Shown here in pieces: positions 18,183 to 27,952 of a stretch of DNA of 64,000 nt (positions within the stretch are counted from its first letter, which is position 1; each line of letters begins with the position of its first letter). The notes under the pieces are model-generated. The model did not search any database, was not told the DNA's origin, and saw nothing but the letters and a program-made list of their open reading frames with translations. The DNA comes from Acidobacteriota bacterium (GTDB lineage: Bacteria; Acidobacteriota; UBA6911; RPQK01; JAJDTT01). Position numbers and translations under genes: made by a program. Location: the NCBI GenBank assembly GCA_965217775.1, contig CBDCJH010000002.1, positions 2,208,001 through 2,272,000 on the forward strand. Reading direction: 5' to 3'.

Positions 18183-20063
18183 ATGACATCAAATCCAGAT
18201 TCTCCTGTAGTCACTCCTGACCGAATCCGATCCCTCCAGGTGATGGCCAACCGTTTGCGGCGCCACTCCCTGGTCTCCACCACGGAGGCCGGTTCGGGAC
18301 ACCCCACTTCCTGCTTTTCCTGTGCCGATCTGGTCTCCACCATCTTCTTCCAGTTCCTGCGCTTCGATCTCACCCGGCCGGATCATCCGGCGAATGACCG
18401 CTTCGTGCTTTCCAAGGGGCATGCCGCACCGGTCCTTTACGCGGCCTTGGCCGAAGGCGGAGCCTTCCCGGTCGAGAGACTGCTCACTCTGAGGCGGATC
18501 GACAGCGAGTTGGAGGGACATCCCACTCCCCGAAGTCGCTGGATCGACGTCGGCACCGGGTCTCTGGGCCAGGGACTGGCCATCGGCGTGGGCATGGCGC
18601 TGGCCCTCCGGAACAGCCCGGCGGGAAACCGGGTCTATGTCCTCATGGGAGACGGAGAGACGGCCGAGGGCGCGGTGTGGGAAGCGGCCGCCCTGGCTGG
18701 ATTCTACGGACTGGACAATCTCATCGGCGTGGTGGACGTGAACGGGTACGGCCAGAGCCAGAACACCATGTACGGCCACGACGTGAACGGCTACTGCGAC
18801 CGTTTTCGAGCCTTCGGCTGGCACGCGGCGGCCGTGGACGGCCACGACGTGGAGGAGATTGCCGGCGCTCTCCAGGACGCGTGCAACCAGACCGGAAAGC
18901 CCTCGGTCATCGTCGCCCGCACCCTCAAGGGCAAGGGAGTCTCCTTCATGGAGAACCGGGACGGGTGGCACGGTAAACCGATTTCCCGCGGGGCGGATCT
19001 GGACGGGGCCCTTGAGGAGCTGGGTCCGGACCTGCCGGTTGACCCGTCTCTCCGTGTGGCCCTGCCGGCCTCAAACGGGGATTCCGGGGGCTCGGATGCC
19101 GACGGGACTTCGAAGATGGAGCCTCCCGGCTACACCGATCAGGATCAGGTGGCCACCCGCGTCGCATACGGGACCGGCCTGCAGAAGCTGGGAAACGCCA
19201 ATCCCCGGGTGGTGGCTCTGGACGGCGACACCAAGAACTCCACCTACTCGCTGCGGTTCATGGAACGTCACCCCGACCGGTTCTTCGAGTGCTTCATCGC
19301 GGAGCAGGCCATGGTCGGGGCGGCAGTGGGGATGGGCGCCGTGGGCAAGATTCCATTCGCCTCAACCTTCGCCGCCTTCATGACCCGCGCCTACGACCTG
19401 ATTCGGATGGCGGCCATCTCCCAGAGCAACCTCAAGCTCTGCGGCTCCCATGCCGGCGTCTCCATCGGTGAGGACGGCCCCTCTCAAATGGGTCTGGAGG
19501 ATCTGGCCATGATGCGGGCCGTTCAAGGATCCACGGTCCTCTATCCCAGCGACGCCGTCGCCACCGAGCGCCTGGTCGAGGTGGCCTCCCAGACTCCGGG
19601 CATCGTCTACATCCGAACCACCCGTCCCAAGACCGCCTGCCTCTACGACTCATCGGAGGCCTTCATCCGGGGCGGGTCCAAGACGGTTCGCACCGGCCCT
19701 TCGAACCGGGCCACGGTGGTGGCTGCCGGAATCACCCTTCACGAAGCACTCAAGGCGCACCGGCAGTTGCAGGATGAGGGCATCGACATCCGGGTCATCG
19801 ACCTGTACTCCGTCAAGCCGGTCGATGCCGAGACTCTGACGCGGGCGGCAGGGGAGACCGGAGCTATCGTCACCGTCGAGGACCACTACGCCGACGGAGG
19901 CCTGGGAGATGCCGTCGTGGACGCCCTGGCGGGACAGCAGTACCGCTACCGGAAGCTGGCCGTGACCGACCTGCCCAGATCCGGCCCCTCAGCCGAGCTG
20001 ATGGACAACCACGGCATCGGCGCCCGCGCCATCGTTGAGGCCGTGCGGGACCTGGTCTCGTAG
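18183..20063 (+). CDS. tkt: Transketolase (626-aa short type)
   Basis: SGHPTS, LSKGHAAP, GSLGQG, GDGETAEG, IAEQ and GEDGPSQM motifs. Confidence 0.93.
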   Translation: MTSNPDSPVVTPDRIRSLQVMANRLRRHSLVSTTEAGSGHPTSCFSCADLVSTIFFQFLRFDLTRPDHPANDRFVLSKGHAAPVLYAALAEGGAFPVERLLTLRRIDSELEGHPTPRSRWIDVGTGSLGQGLAIGVGMALALRNSPAGNRVYVLMGDGETAEGAVWEAAALAGFYGLDNLIGVVDVNGYGQSQNTMYGHDVNGYCDRFRAFGWHAAAVDGHDVEEIAGALQDACNQTGKPSVIVARTLKGKGVSFMENRDGWHGKPISRGADLDGALEELGPDLPVDPSLRVALPASNGDSGGSDADGTSKMEPPGYTDQDQVATRVAYGTGLQKLGNANPRVVALDGDTKNSTYSLRFMERHPDRFFECFIAEQAMVGAAVGMGAVGKIPFASTFAAFMTRAYDLIRMAAISQSNLKLCGSHAGVSIGEDGPSQMGLEDLAMMRAVQGSTVLYPSDAVATERLVEVASQTPGIVYIRTTRPKTACLYDSSEAFIRGGSKTVRTGPSNRATVVAAGITLHEALKAHRQLQDEGIDIRVIDLYSVKPVDAETLTRAAGETGAIVTVEDHYADGGLGDAVVDALAGQQYRYRKLAVTDLPRSGPSAELMDNHGIGARAIVEAVRDLVS

Positions 20064-20090
20064 CCGAACCCGGATTCGGATCAACTTGAC

Positions 20091-20942
20091 TTAGTCCAGA
20101 TTGGCTTCACCGACTTCTTTGGTGGGGTCTTTCTTGATGGCGATGATGGTCCGATCGTCGTACTGTCGATCGGCGCCGTCGAAGGCCGCGACATCCGCCA
20201 TGATGGTGTCGCAGATCTCTTTGGCGGAGCGGTCCCGGTTGGCCCAGGCCAGCTTTCGCAGGGCCTCGACCCCGTATTCCCTGCCCTCCCGGTTTCGAGT
20301 CTCGATGATGCCGTCGGTGTAACCAAGGAGCACGTCGCCCAGTTCCATCCGCGTCTCACCGACCCGATACTCGATGGGTGGAGTCCACAAGGCCCCCAGG
20401 ACCAGGCCGCCTACGTCCAGGGTTTCGATTCGATCCCCTTTCAGGATCAGGGGACTGAAATGGCCGGCGTTGATGTAGCGGACGACGCCGTCTACGTGAA
20501 CTTCCCCGTAGAACGCGGAGATGAATTGATCGGTCCGGGACGACCGGAACATGCGGCGATTGATCTTGGAAAAGAGGAGATTGGTCGTGTCCTGGGCGTA
20601 GACCGCCTCGAAGGCGATGGCGGTATAGAGAGCCGTGTTGAAGTCCCGGATCAGCATCGCCGCCACCAGACCGTGACCGGCGGCATCGGCAATGACGACG
20701 CCGAAACGGCCTTTGAGTCCGAATCGCCCCTCCAGGTTGATGAAATCGTAGAAATCACCGCCGATGACGGCACTGGGAAGGGTTATGCCGAAGATGTCGT
20801 AGTCGGCATAGGCGGTCACCCGCCCCGGATCGGGCATGATGCGGCGCTGCATGTCGGCCAGGGAGACGAACTCCTCTTCGATCTCCCTCAGGTCCATGCG
20901 GGCGATTCGGGTGAGCTTGTCCGAATCGCGCGCCTCAGTCAC
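20091..20942 (-). CDS. PP2C/SpoIIE-family serine phosphatase (RsbU-like, no sensor domain)
   Basis: GGDFYD, IADAAGHG, NAGH, YTDGIIE and DDRT motifs. Confidence 0.88.
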   Translation of the reverse strand: MTEARDSDKLTRIARMDLREIEEEFVSLADMQRRIMPDPGRVTAYADYDIFGITLPSAVIGGDFYDFINLEGRFGLKGRFGVVIADAAGHGLVAAMLIRDFNTALYTAIAFEAVYAQDTTNLLFSKINRRMFRSSRTDQFISAFYGEVHVDGVVRYINAGHFSPLILKGDRIETLDVGGLVLGALWTPPIEYRVGETRMELGDVLLGYTDGIIETRNREGREYGVEALRKLAWANRDRSAKEICDTIMADVAAFDGADRQYDDRTIIAIKKDPTKEVGEANLD

Positions 20943-21943
20943 GCTTCCTCACTCGTAAAGCGATCCACGACCCGGGCCTGGATCTGACTCTCCGGACCCA
21001 ACTGCACGCCAAGAATCTGTCCCGGTCGGGCAAAGGCCCGCCTCACGTACCCCAGGGCGATGGGTCCATTCAGACGCGGAGAGAGAACGGCACTGGTGAC
21101 CGAACCGATGGCCTTGCCTTCGGGACTCAGGACACGAGCTCCCGGCTCCGGAGGCACTTCTCCATCCAGGACCAAGCCCATGAGAAACCTTCCGACGCCT
21201 CCGATGTGGGTGGCCTTGGCTACGACCTCCTGCCCCAGATAGCATCCCTTGGTCAGGCTGATGGCCGAGTCCAGACGGGCCTCCATGGGGTAGTTGCCCT
21301 CGTCCATGTCCACACCGAATTGGGGTATGGCGGCCTCGATCCGAAGCAGGTTCCAGACTTCCGGATCCAGCCTCCGTACGGGAAACGATCCGTTCCACTC
21401 CGACAAGGCTCGGCTCAAAGAGGGAGCGGTCTTCCGCGGCACCAGGATTTCGCAGCCTGCCGCCCCAACATCCGATTTTTGGATCAACAAGGCGGAGTCT
21501 CCGTCCCAATCCGTCTCCACGACTTGAAGAGTATGGGCCGGAATCTCGGCTTGAAGCAGCGCCCGAACCAGATCTCCCGTGCGCGGACCCTGGAGCGAGA
21601 AGTGGAGGAACTGTTCGCTGAGCGAAAGCTCCACCTCGTCCATGATGACGTAGGCCTCCAGCGCTTCGCGGAGCCGCTCGGCCAGCGACAGGTCCACGTC
21701 CATGAGGACCCGTCGGGGCAACCGGTAGTAGTAGAAATCCGCAACCATCTTGCCGCGGGCAGTCAGGAAGGTTCCATACCGGCCCTGGTAGTCCTCCAGG
21801 CCCTCGACGTCGTTGCTAATCATGGAATGGAGAAAACGGATCCGGTCCGCTCCGGTCACCCGGAGCTTGGTCCGCCGGGACAGTTCCCGCCATCCGACGC
21901 CGCTGCTGACTGATTCGTACTGTTTCCGACGTTCAGGGTCCAT
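20939..21943 (-). CDS. YgfZ/GcvT-family folate-binding Fe-S maturation protein
   Basis: KGCYLGQE signature. Confidence 0.88.
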   Translation of the reverse strand: MDPERRKQYESVSSGVGWRELSRRTKLRVTGADRIRFLHSMISNDVEGLEDYQGRYGTFLTARGKMVADFYYYRLPRRVLMDVDLSLAERLREALEAYVIMDEVELSLSEQFLHFSLQGPRTGDLVRALLQAEIPAHTLQVVETDWDGDSALLIQKSDVGAAGCEILVPRKTAPSLSRALSEWNGSFPVRRLDPEVWNLLRIEAAIPQFGVDMDEGNYPMEARLDSAISLTKGCYLGQEVVAKATHIGGVGRFLMGLVLDGEVPPEPGARVLSPEGKAIGSVTSAVLSPRLNGPIALGYVRRAFARPGQILGVQLGPESQIQARVVDRFTSEEA

Positions 21944-22031
21944 CTTTCGGCCGGGGTTGGGAGCGGTCCGTTCGGTCCAGTCGCTTTCGGATCCATCCAG
22001 GAATCGGCTGTCCCGGCGTACTGGTTGACTA

Positions 22032-22742
22032 CTAGAGCGTCTCGCCAGGGTTCATGGCAAAGACCTCGGTCCCCAGATCGCGGGTCAGGCGCGCCAATTC
22101 TTCTGGAGTGCCGGTGAGGATGGGAAAGGTCCCGTAGTGCATGGGAATCACCTTCCGGGCGTTCATCAGCCGGCAAGCATACGCCGCCTCCACGGGACCC
22201 ATGGTGAAATGGTCTCCGATGGGCAGGAAGATCAACTCGGGCTGGTAGATCTCGGCGATGATCTTCATGTCGCCGAAGACACAGGTGTCGCCGGCGAAAT
22301 AGATGCGCAGGCCGTTCTCGAACTCCACGACGTACCCGGCGGGCTCTCCGCCCTCGATCATGTTGCCGTCGGCACCCATGATCCCGGAACTGTGCCGTGC
22401 GTCCACCATGGTGACCCGAAGATCCCCCACGGTCACGGTTCCGCCCTTGTTCATGGCCACAATGTTGGAGACCCCCTGCTTTTCCAGCCAGTTCCCGATT
22501 TCAAGGATGCAGACGACCTGGGGTTCCAGCCGGGTGGCCAAGCTCACGGCATCCTGGATATGATCGAAATGCCCGTGAGTCACCAGGATGACGTCCAGCG
22601 AGTCGATCTGTGCCGCCTCCTTGGGACAGGCCGGGTTGTGATCGGTCCAGGGATCGATCAACACCTTCCGTCCGGACGGTGAAGTGAACAGGAACGTACT
22701 GTGACCCAGATACTGGATCTGGACTCCGCGACCGATACCCAT
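22032..22742 (-). CDS. UPF0173 metal-dependent hydrolase (MBL fold)
   Basis: LGHS, THGHFDH, AGDT and PMHYGTF motifs; AGGAGG RBS. Confidence 0.9.
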   Translation of the reverse strand: MGIGRGVQIQYLGHSTFLFTSPSGRKVLIDPWTDHNPACPKEAAQIDSLDVILVTHGHFDHIQDAVSLATRLEPQVVCILEIGNWLEKQGVSNIVAMNKGGTVTVGDLRVTMVDARHSSGIMGADGNMIEGGEPAGYVVEFENGLRIYFAGDTCVFGDMKIIAEIYQPELIFLPIGDHFTMGPVEAAYACRLMNARKVIPMHYGTFPILTGTPEELARLTRDLGTEVFAMNPGETL

Positions 22743-22796
22743 GGCGCCCTCCTTTGGGGGCACAATATACTCGCCCCGGCGAATCGAGTAAACTCG

Positions 22797-22926
22797 CCCC
22801 GCTGGTGAAAGTCCCGTGTGACGCCGAAACCGGGAACGCGTACCGGACAAGGCGCGCCGACTCGATCGCAACCCGTACGGTTGCCATTCTCATCCGATCG
22901 CCTGAGGCTGCCCGGTTGCCACGGCG
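22797..22926. repeat. Degenerate MITE-A-related sequence
   Basis: TGGTGAAAGTCCCG, CCGAAACCGG, CCGGACAAGGCGCG and TTGCCACGG blocks shared with MITE-A, in the same order. Confidence 0.55.
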
Positions 22927-22946
22927 GTTCGCGCGCGACGCCCGAA

Positions 22947-23303
22947 ATGGATAGCCTCCGCCTGCTGGACATCGAGTGCCGGTCTCGCATCGGCGTGACC
23001 CCCGAAGAACGAATTCGGCCCCAATCGATACGGGTCGACCTGGACCTGAGCTTGGATCTGGAGGCCGCCGGCAACAGCGATGCCATCGATCTGACGGTGA
23101 ACTACGTGAAGGTGGTGGACCGGGTGCAGGCCATCGCCGCGGAGACGGAGTACCGTCTGGTGGAGGCGCTGGCCCGGACGCTCTGCCGCCGTCTGCTGGA
23201 GGAGAACCCTATTGATCGGGTTCAGGTGACGGTCAGGAAACGGCCCGAAGAACTGAAGGGAAAACTGAGGGAGGTGGCCGTGACCATGACCCGGCCCGCC
23301 TGA
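22947..23303 (+). CDS. folB: Dihydroneopterin aldolase
   Basis: IGVTPEER..Q, TVNY, LVEALA and VRK motifs. Confidence 0.85.
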   Translation: MDSLRLLDIECRSRIGVTPEERIRPQSIRVDLDLSLDLEAAGNSDAIDLTVNYVKVVDRVQAIAAETEYRLVEALARTLCRRLLEENPIDRVQVTVRKRPEELKGKLREVAVTMTRPA

Positions 23304-23361
23304 TCTTCCGGCTGGAGACCGCAGTCAGTGATGACGCTGAGGTCCGTAGGCGCCCCGGCAG

Positions 23362-23688
23362 TCAGATTCCGAAGGACTGGCCGCAGCTGCAGGTCCGGCT
23401 GGCATTGGGATTCACGAAGGTGAACCCCTGCTGCATCATTGATCCGCGCCAGTCCAGTCCCATGCCCTTCAGGAAAAGATAGCTCTTCAGGTCCACGAAG
23501 ACCTGCACGCCGTACTCCTCGAAGATCCGGTCTCCCGGCTTTTTCTTCTCCTCGAATCGCATGACGTAGCTCAGTCCGGAACATCCCCCTCCGCGGACTC
23601 CCAGGCGAAGCCCACCTCGGGTGAGCCCCTCTTGTTGAAGGCCCTGCTTGATCTTCTCTGCTGCTGACTCTGTGATGGTAATGGACAT
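23362..23688 (-). CDS. A-type Fe-S cluster carrier (IscA-like), second copy
   Basis: GGGCSGLSY and CSCGQSF motifs. Confidence 0.93.
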   Translation of the reverse strand: MSITITESAAEKIKQGLQQEGLTRGGLRLGVRGGGCSGLSYVMRFEEKKKPGDRIFEEYGVQVFVDLKSYLFLKGMGLDWRGSMMQQGFTFVNPNASRTCSCGQSFGI

Positions 23689-23727
23689 GTCCTATCGGTG
23701 CTCCCGCTTCGTCTATACTACCATCCG

Positions 23728-24339
23728 ATGCTGAACCGGGTCGCCTCCGTGATTCTGGCCGCAGGCGACTCCCGCCGCATGGGGCGCCCCAAGGCCTTGC
23801 TGCCACTGGGACGCAAAGCCTTTCTGCAACATATTCTCGACCGCCACCTGACCCTCGGCACGGACTCCTGGGTGGTGCTGGGACGGCAGCATCGCCAAAT
23901 CCGGAGCCGGTTGGACCTGACGGGAGCACAGGTCCTGGTCAACCCGGACCCGGACCGGGGACCCCTTTCCAGCCTCAATCTGGTTCTGGAGAAACTCCGC
24001 GGCTACGATGGCGCCCTGGTGCATCCGGTGGACCACCCTCTCGTGGCCACGTCCACCCTTCGTGCCCTTCTCCAAGAACATTTTCGGTGTCCCGCCTGCA
24101 TTCTGATTCCCAGGCACCGCGGGAAAAAGGGACATCCGGTGCTCTTTCCGCAGCGGTTCTTTGCCGAGTTGAAGCAAGCCCCGCTGGAGGAGGGAGCGCG
24201 CTGGGTGGTGAGGCGCCGCTTGAGCTCCCAGTTGCTGGTGCCCGTGGTAGACGCGGGCGTGGTGACCAACGTCAACCTGCCGGAGCAGTTGGATCGCCTC
24301 CGGCGAACCGGACACGGCGTGGGTTATCCGACGAACTAG
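23728..24339 (+). CDS. MocA/MobA-like nucleotidyltransferase
   Basis: ILAAGDSRRMGRPK, DHP and GHPVLF motifs. Confidence 0.85.
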   Translation: MLNRVASVILAAGDSRRMGRPKALLPLGRKAFLQHILDRHLTLGTDSWVVLGRQHRQIRSRLDLTGAQVLVNPDPDRGPLSSLNLVLEKLRGYDGALVHPVDHPLVATSTLRALLQEHFRCPACILIPRHRGKKGHPVLFPQRFFAELKQAPLEEGARWVVRRRLSSQLLVPVVDAGVVTNVNLPEQLDRLRRTGHGVGYPTN

Positions 24340-24501
24340 CAGTCCGTGGTGAAAGTCCCGCGAGCACCGAGACCGTTCCTGCGCCCGCCGGACAAGGCGC
24401 GATTCGGGTGCATACCGGGAGTATGTGCCCGAATCGCAACGCCGTCCGCCGGGATGCAGGGACGGTCGAATGCCGTGATGACTTTTGCCACGGGCTGCTA
24501 G
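24336..24501. mobile_element. MITE family A, copy 2
   Basis: CTAG-flanked; highly similar to 13267-13433. Confidence 0.85.
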
Positions 24502-24664
24502 GAGTCTGCGCGGTAGAAATGATCGTAGCGAGAAAGTGGGGAATCGAGGCCGGATTTTCTCGATTTGGAGGTGCATAGTTGTTCTATTCGCCGAGAAATC
24601 GGGGAAATCTGGACCGATTCTACCGCTTTCGCAGTAGATCAATTTCTGCGGCGCAGGCTCCTAG
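24498..24664. mobile_element. MITE family B, copy 1
   Basis: CTAG|GAGTCTGCGCGGTAGAAAT ... ATTTCTGCGGCGCAGGCTC|CTAG; inverted homolog at 41136-41302. Confidence 0.85.
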
Positions 24665-26088
24665 TACGCCGGGACCGAAGGATCCACGTCCCGGGCCCAG
24701 GCCAGGATTCCGCCCTCCAGGTTCCGGACCTTCCTGAAACCGGCCTGACGCAGCAACTGAACGGCCTGCGCGCTCCGGGCGCCTGATCGGCACTGGGCCA
24801 CGATCTCGCGGGAGGTGTCCAGCTCGTTGAGACGGTTGAGCAGATCGCCCAAGGGGATCAGGTGGGCCCCGTCGATTCGGCAGATCTCGTATTCGGGCGG
24901 GTTGCGCACGTCCAGAATGAAGACATCTTCGCCCCGGTCCAATTCCTGCTTCAACTCCACCGCCGTCACTTCCTCCACCGATGTGGCCGACTCGGGCTCG
25001 ATGCCGCAGAACTGTTCGTAGTCGATGAGCTCGTGCAAGGTGGGTTCGTCCCCGCAGACGGGGCATTCCGGATCTCTTCGCAGCTTCAACTCCCTGAACT
25101 TCATGCCCAAGGCATCGAACAGGAGCAGGCGGCCCACCAGGGGATCGCCCTGCTCCAGGATCAGCTTCACCACTTCGGTCGCCTGAATGATCCCCACCAG
25201 TCCCGGAAGAATCCCCAGGACTCCCCCCTCGGCGCAGGAGGGCACCAAGCCCGGAGGTGGCGGCTCCGGGTAGAGGCAGCGATAGCAGGGTCCGTCCGGG
25301 AGCGCGAAGACCGAGGCCTGACCCTCGAACCGGAAGATGCTGGCGTAGACGTTCGGTTTGCCGCTCAGCACACAGGCGTCGTTGACCAGATATCGGGTAG
25401 GAAAGTTGTCGGTTCCGTCGGCCACGATGTCGTAGTACCGGAACAGGTCGAGCGCGTTCCCGGAGCTGAGGCGTAGCTGGTGGGTCTCCACCTGGACGTT
25501 GGGGTTGATCTGAGACAAGGTCTCCCGCGCCGACTCCAGCTTGGGCCGTCCCACATCGCCGGTCCCATGGAGAATCTGCCGCTGCAGATTGCTCTCGTCC
25601 ACCACGTCGAAATCGACGAGACCGAGGCGACCCACACCCGCCGCCGCGAGGTACATGGCCAAGGGTGACCCCAGACCTCCTGCGCCGATGCACAGGACGC
25701 TGGCCTGCTTCAGCTTCCGCTGTCCCTCCAGGCCCACCTCGGGCATGATCAAGTGGCGACTGTACCGCCGGATCTCCTCGTGGGTGAGAAGGCCGGGCGG
25801 GGCAGCCGCCACGCTGCCACCGGCGATGGAGGGAACGATGCTGACCGTATCGCCGTCGCTGACGGCCGTGTCTTCCCTCTGCAGGTATCGAATGTCCTCG
25901 TCGTTCAGGTATACGTTGACGAAGTTCCTCAGACGGCCCTGAGGGGTGTAGAGGTGCTTGCGGAGCGTCCCGTGTTGCTCGGTCAGGCTCTGCAGAACCT
26001 CCCGTATGGTGGCTCCCTCCAACTCCAATGACTCCCGGTTGCCCACATGGGGCCTCAGGGGAGTGGGAATGAACACCTTGACAGCCAT
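24661..26088 (-). CDS. moeB: MoaD/CysO-like ubiquitin-like domain fused to MoeB/ThiF adenylyltransferase and rhodanese (MoeZ-like)
   Basis: N-terminal Ubl ending SIAGG; RYSRH, GAGGLG, SNLQRQ, CYRC and CPVC; rhodanese CRSGARS. Confidence 0.9.
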   Translation of the reverse strand: MAVKVFIPTPLRPHVGNRESLELEGATIREVLQSLTEQHGTLRKHLYTPQGRLRNFVNVYLNDEDIRYLQREDTAVSDGDTVSIVPSIAGGSVAAAPPGLLTHEEIRRYSRHLIMPEVGLEGQRKLKQASVLCIGAGGLGSPLAMYLAAAGVGRLGLVDFDVVDESNLQRQILHGTGDVGRPKLESARETLSQINPNVQVETHQLRLSSGNALDLFRYYDIVADGTDNFPTRYLVNDACVLSGKPNVYASIFRFEGQASVFALPDGPCYRCLYPEPPPPGLVPSCAEGGVLGILPGLVGIIQATEVVKLILEQGDPLVGRLLLFDALGMKFRELKLRRDPECPVCGDEPTLHELIDYEQFCGIEPESATSVEEVTAVELKQELDRGEDVFILDVRNPPEYEICRIDGAHLIPLGDLLNRLNELDTSREIVAQCRSGARSAQAVQLLRQAGFRKVRNLEGGILAWARDVDPSVPAY

Positions 26089-26119
26089 GGCTTTCCTCCT
26101 AGTCGAAAACGAACAGATC

Positions 26120-26551
26120 TCAATCTCCCCGGGGTTCCAATTTCCATGCTTCCGGCTCGAAGCCGGAACGGTCTTCCATCAAGAGCCAGGACAATATTTC
26201 CGCCGTCCTACCCTGGCGCACCGACGCGATCAGGTACGAATACCAGGGCCACGCATGGTCCCGATCATATTCGGACGGGCGGGCCGGGACGTCGGGGTGA
26301 CTGTGAAAATAACCCAGTATCTGCGACTTGCCTCCCCGGAGCCGTTTCTCCCACTCCAGCAGAAACTCGGGCGCGATCAGGTAGCGATTGGCGGCACTGT
26401 CGCTCCTCTGGTTCCGCGCCTCCACCACCTGGGAAACCCGCTTGAACCCGTTGCCCGCCGAGCCGACCAGGAGTCCGCAGCACTCGTGCGGATAGGTCTT
26501 CTCGGCAATAGCCTTGATGCGCTCCAGATCCTCCGGTTTCAAAAAGAGCAT
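26120..26551 (-). CDS. JAB/MPN (M67, Mec-like) metallopeptidase
   Basis: YPHECCG and HSHP....PS..D motifs. Confidence 0.9.
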   Translation of the reverse strand: MLFLKPEDLERIKAIAEKTYPHECCGLLVGSAGNGFKRVSQVVEARNQRSDSAANRYLIAPEFLLEWEKRLRGGKSQILGYFHSHPDVPARPSEYDRDHAWPWYSYLIASVRQGRTAEILSWLLMEDRSGFEPEAWKLEPRGD

Positions 26552-27474
26552 CAATCACTCTCCCAGAACGCCTCTGAGAGGTATTTGTCTCCCGAATCCG
26601 GGAATATGGCTACGATGACGCCGTGATCCAGGTTCCGGGCGACCTCGAGCGCCGCCGCCATGGCCGCGCCCGCGGAGATCCCCGCGAAGATACCCTCCTC
26701 CCGGGCCAACCTCAGGACCATCTGCTGCCCCGCTTCGGTGGATATCTCCATATTCAAGTCGGCCAGATTCGGATCGTAGATGGAGGGAACCAGCGCCGTC
26801 GGCATGTGCTTGAGACCCTCCAGGCCATGGAAGGGAGAATCGGGCATGAAGGAGATGGCCTGAATCCGCGGATTCAGCTCCTGGAGACGGCGGGTCGATC
26901 CAACGAAGGTTCCACTCGTTCCCAGACCCGCCACGAAGTGGGTGATCCCGCCGTTCGACTGCCGGTAGATCTCTATTGCCGTCGTCTCGTAGTGGGCCCT
27001 CCAGTTGGCGTCATTGCTGTACTGGTCCGGGTAGAAATACTTTTCCGGCGACTCCTGGTAGAGGCGGCGGATCTCCCGGATCGCTCCGTCGGAACCCTCC
27101 AGCGGATCGGTCAGGCGAATCTTGGCCCCATAGGCCCGCAAAATCTTCTTCCGTTCGATGCTGGCGTTGGCGGGCATGGCCAACAGGACGTCGTAACTCC
27201 GGGTGGCTGCGATCATGGCGTAGGCGATCCCGGTGTTGCCGCTGGTGGAATCGATGAGCGTGCGCCCCGGCCGCAGCAACCCCTGCTCCTCCGCCGTCCG
27301 GATCATGTTGTAGGCGGCCCGGTCCTTGACCGATCCGCCCGGGTTGAATCCCTCCAGCTTCGCCAGGATGCGGACCCGGCCGGGCGGCAGAATCCGCCGG
27401 ATCTCCACCAGCGGCGTGTTGCCGATCCGACTCAGCAGACTCTCTTTCGGCTCGACTGCCAGCTCGACCGCCAT
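26551..27474 (-). CDS. cysM: PLP-dependent cysteine synthase (CysM type)
   Basis: IGNTPL, NPGGSVKDR, TSGNTG, GTSGT and DSGDKYLS motifs. Confidence 0.88.
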   Translation of the reverse strand: MAVELAVEPKESLLSRIGNTPLVEIRRILPPGRVRILAKLEGFNPGGSVKDRAAYNMIRTAEEQGLLRPGRTLIDSTSGNTGIAYAMIAATRSYDVLLAMPANASIERKKILRAYGAKIRLTDPLEGSDGAIREIRRLYQESPEKYFYPDQYSNDANWRAHYETTAIEIYRQSNGGITHFVAGLGTSGTFVGSTRRLQELNPRIQAISFMPDSPFHGLEGLKHMPTALVPSIYDPNLADLNMEISTEAGQQMVLRLAREEGIFAGISAGAAMAAALEVARNLDHGVIVAIFPDSGDKYLSEAFWESD

Positions 27475-27492
27475 GAGTCTCGTACGCGCTCC

Positions 27493-27909
27493 TCAGATAT
27501 GGTAAACCAGGATCCGGTCATCCTGGATCTTTCGGCGAACCAGATCCTCGACGGTGATGGATTTGAGCTTGTCCACGAACTCCCGCTCGATCTCCTGCCA
27601 AACCTTGTACAAGACGCAGCTTGGCTTCACTCTGGAATCGAGCAGGGTCACGTCTCCCTCCACGGCTTCCAGAATCCGGGCCAGGCTGATCTCTCTGGCC
27701 GGACAGGCCAATTTGTATCCTCCCGCGGCTCCGCGGACACTCTCGACCATGCCCGCTTTCTTGAGCTGAATCAGAATCTGCTCCAGGAACCTCAACGGAA
27801 TTTCCTGCCTCCCGGCCAGCTCGCGGGCCTGCACGCGAGTCGTTGCCGGGTGCAGCGCCAGCTCGAAGATGGCCAGGATAGCGTAGTCGGCCCGCGCCGT
27901 GATCCTCAT
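27493..27909 (-). CDS. Rrf2-family regulator (CymR-like, lacks the IscR Cys triad)
   Basis: FLEQIL..LK.AG.VESVRGAAGGY motif. Confidence 0.9.
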   Translation of the reverse strand: MRITARADYAILAIFELALHPATTRVQARELAGRQEIPLRFLEQILIQLKKAGMVESVRGAAGGYKLACPAREISLARILEAVEGDVTLLDSRVKPSCVLYKVWQEIEREFVDKLKSITVEDLVRRKIQDDRILVYHI

Positions 27910-27920
27910 TGAATCTCCAC

Positions 27921-27945
27921 AATTCCTACCGATTTAGTCAACTTT
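27921..27945 (-). promoter_or_regulatory. Putative Rrf2 autoregulatory operator
   Basis: AAAGTTGACTAAATCGGTAGGAATT resembles IscR/CymR-type boxes and lies between the -10 and the RBS. Confidence 0.65.
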
Positions 27946-27952
27946 CGCCGGC

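Noticed and set aside
24661-26554. Ubl/E1/JAB as an anti-phage ubiquitin-like system (Bil, CBASS Cap2/3)
   Set aside because: No E2 or cyclase; the rhodanese, cysM and Rrf2 context indicates sulfur metabolism.
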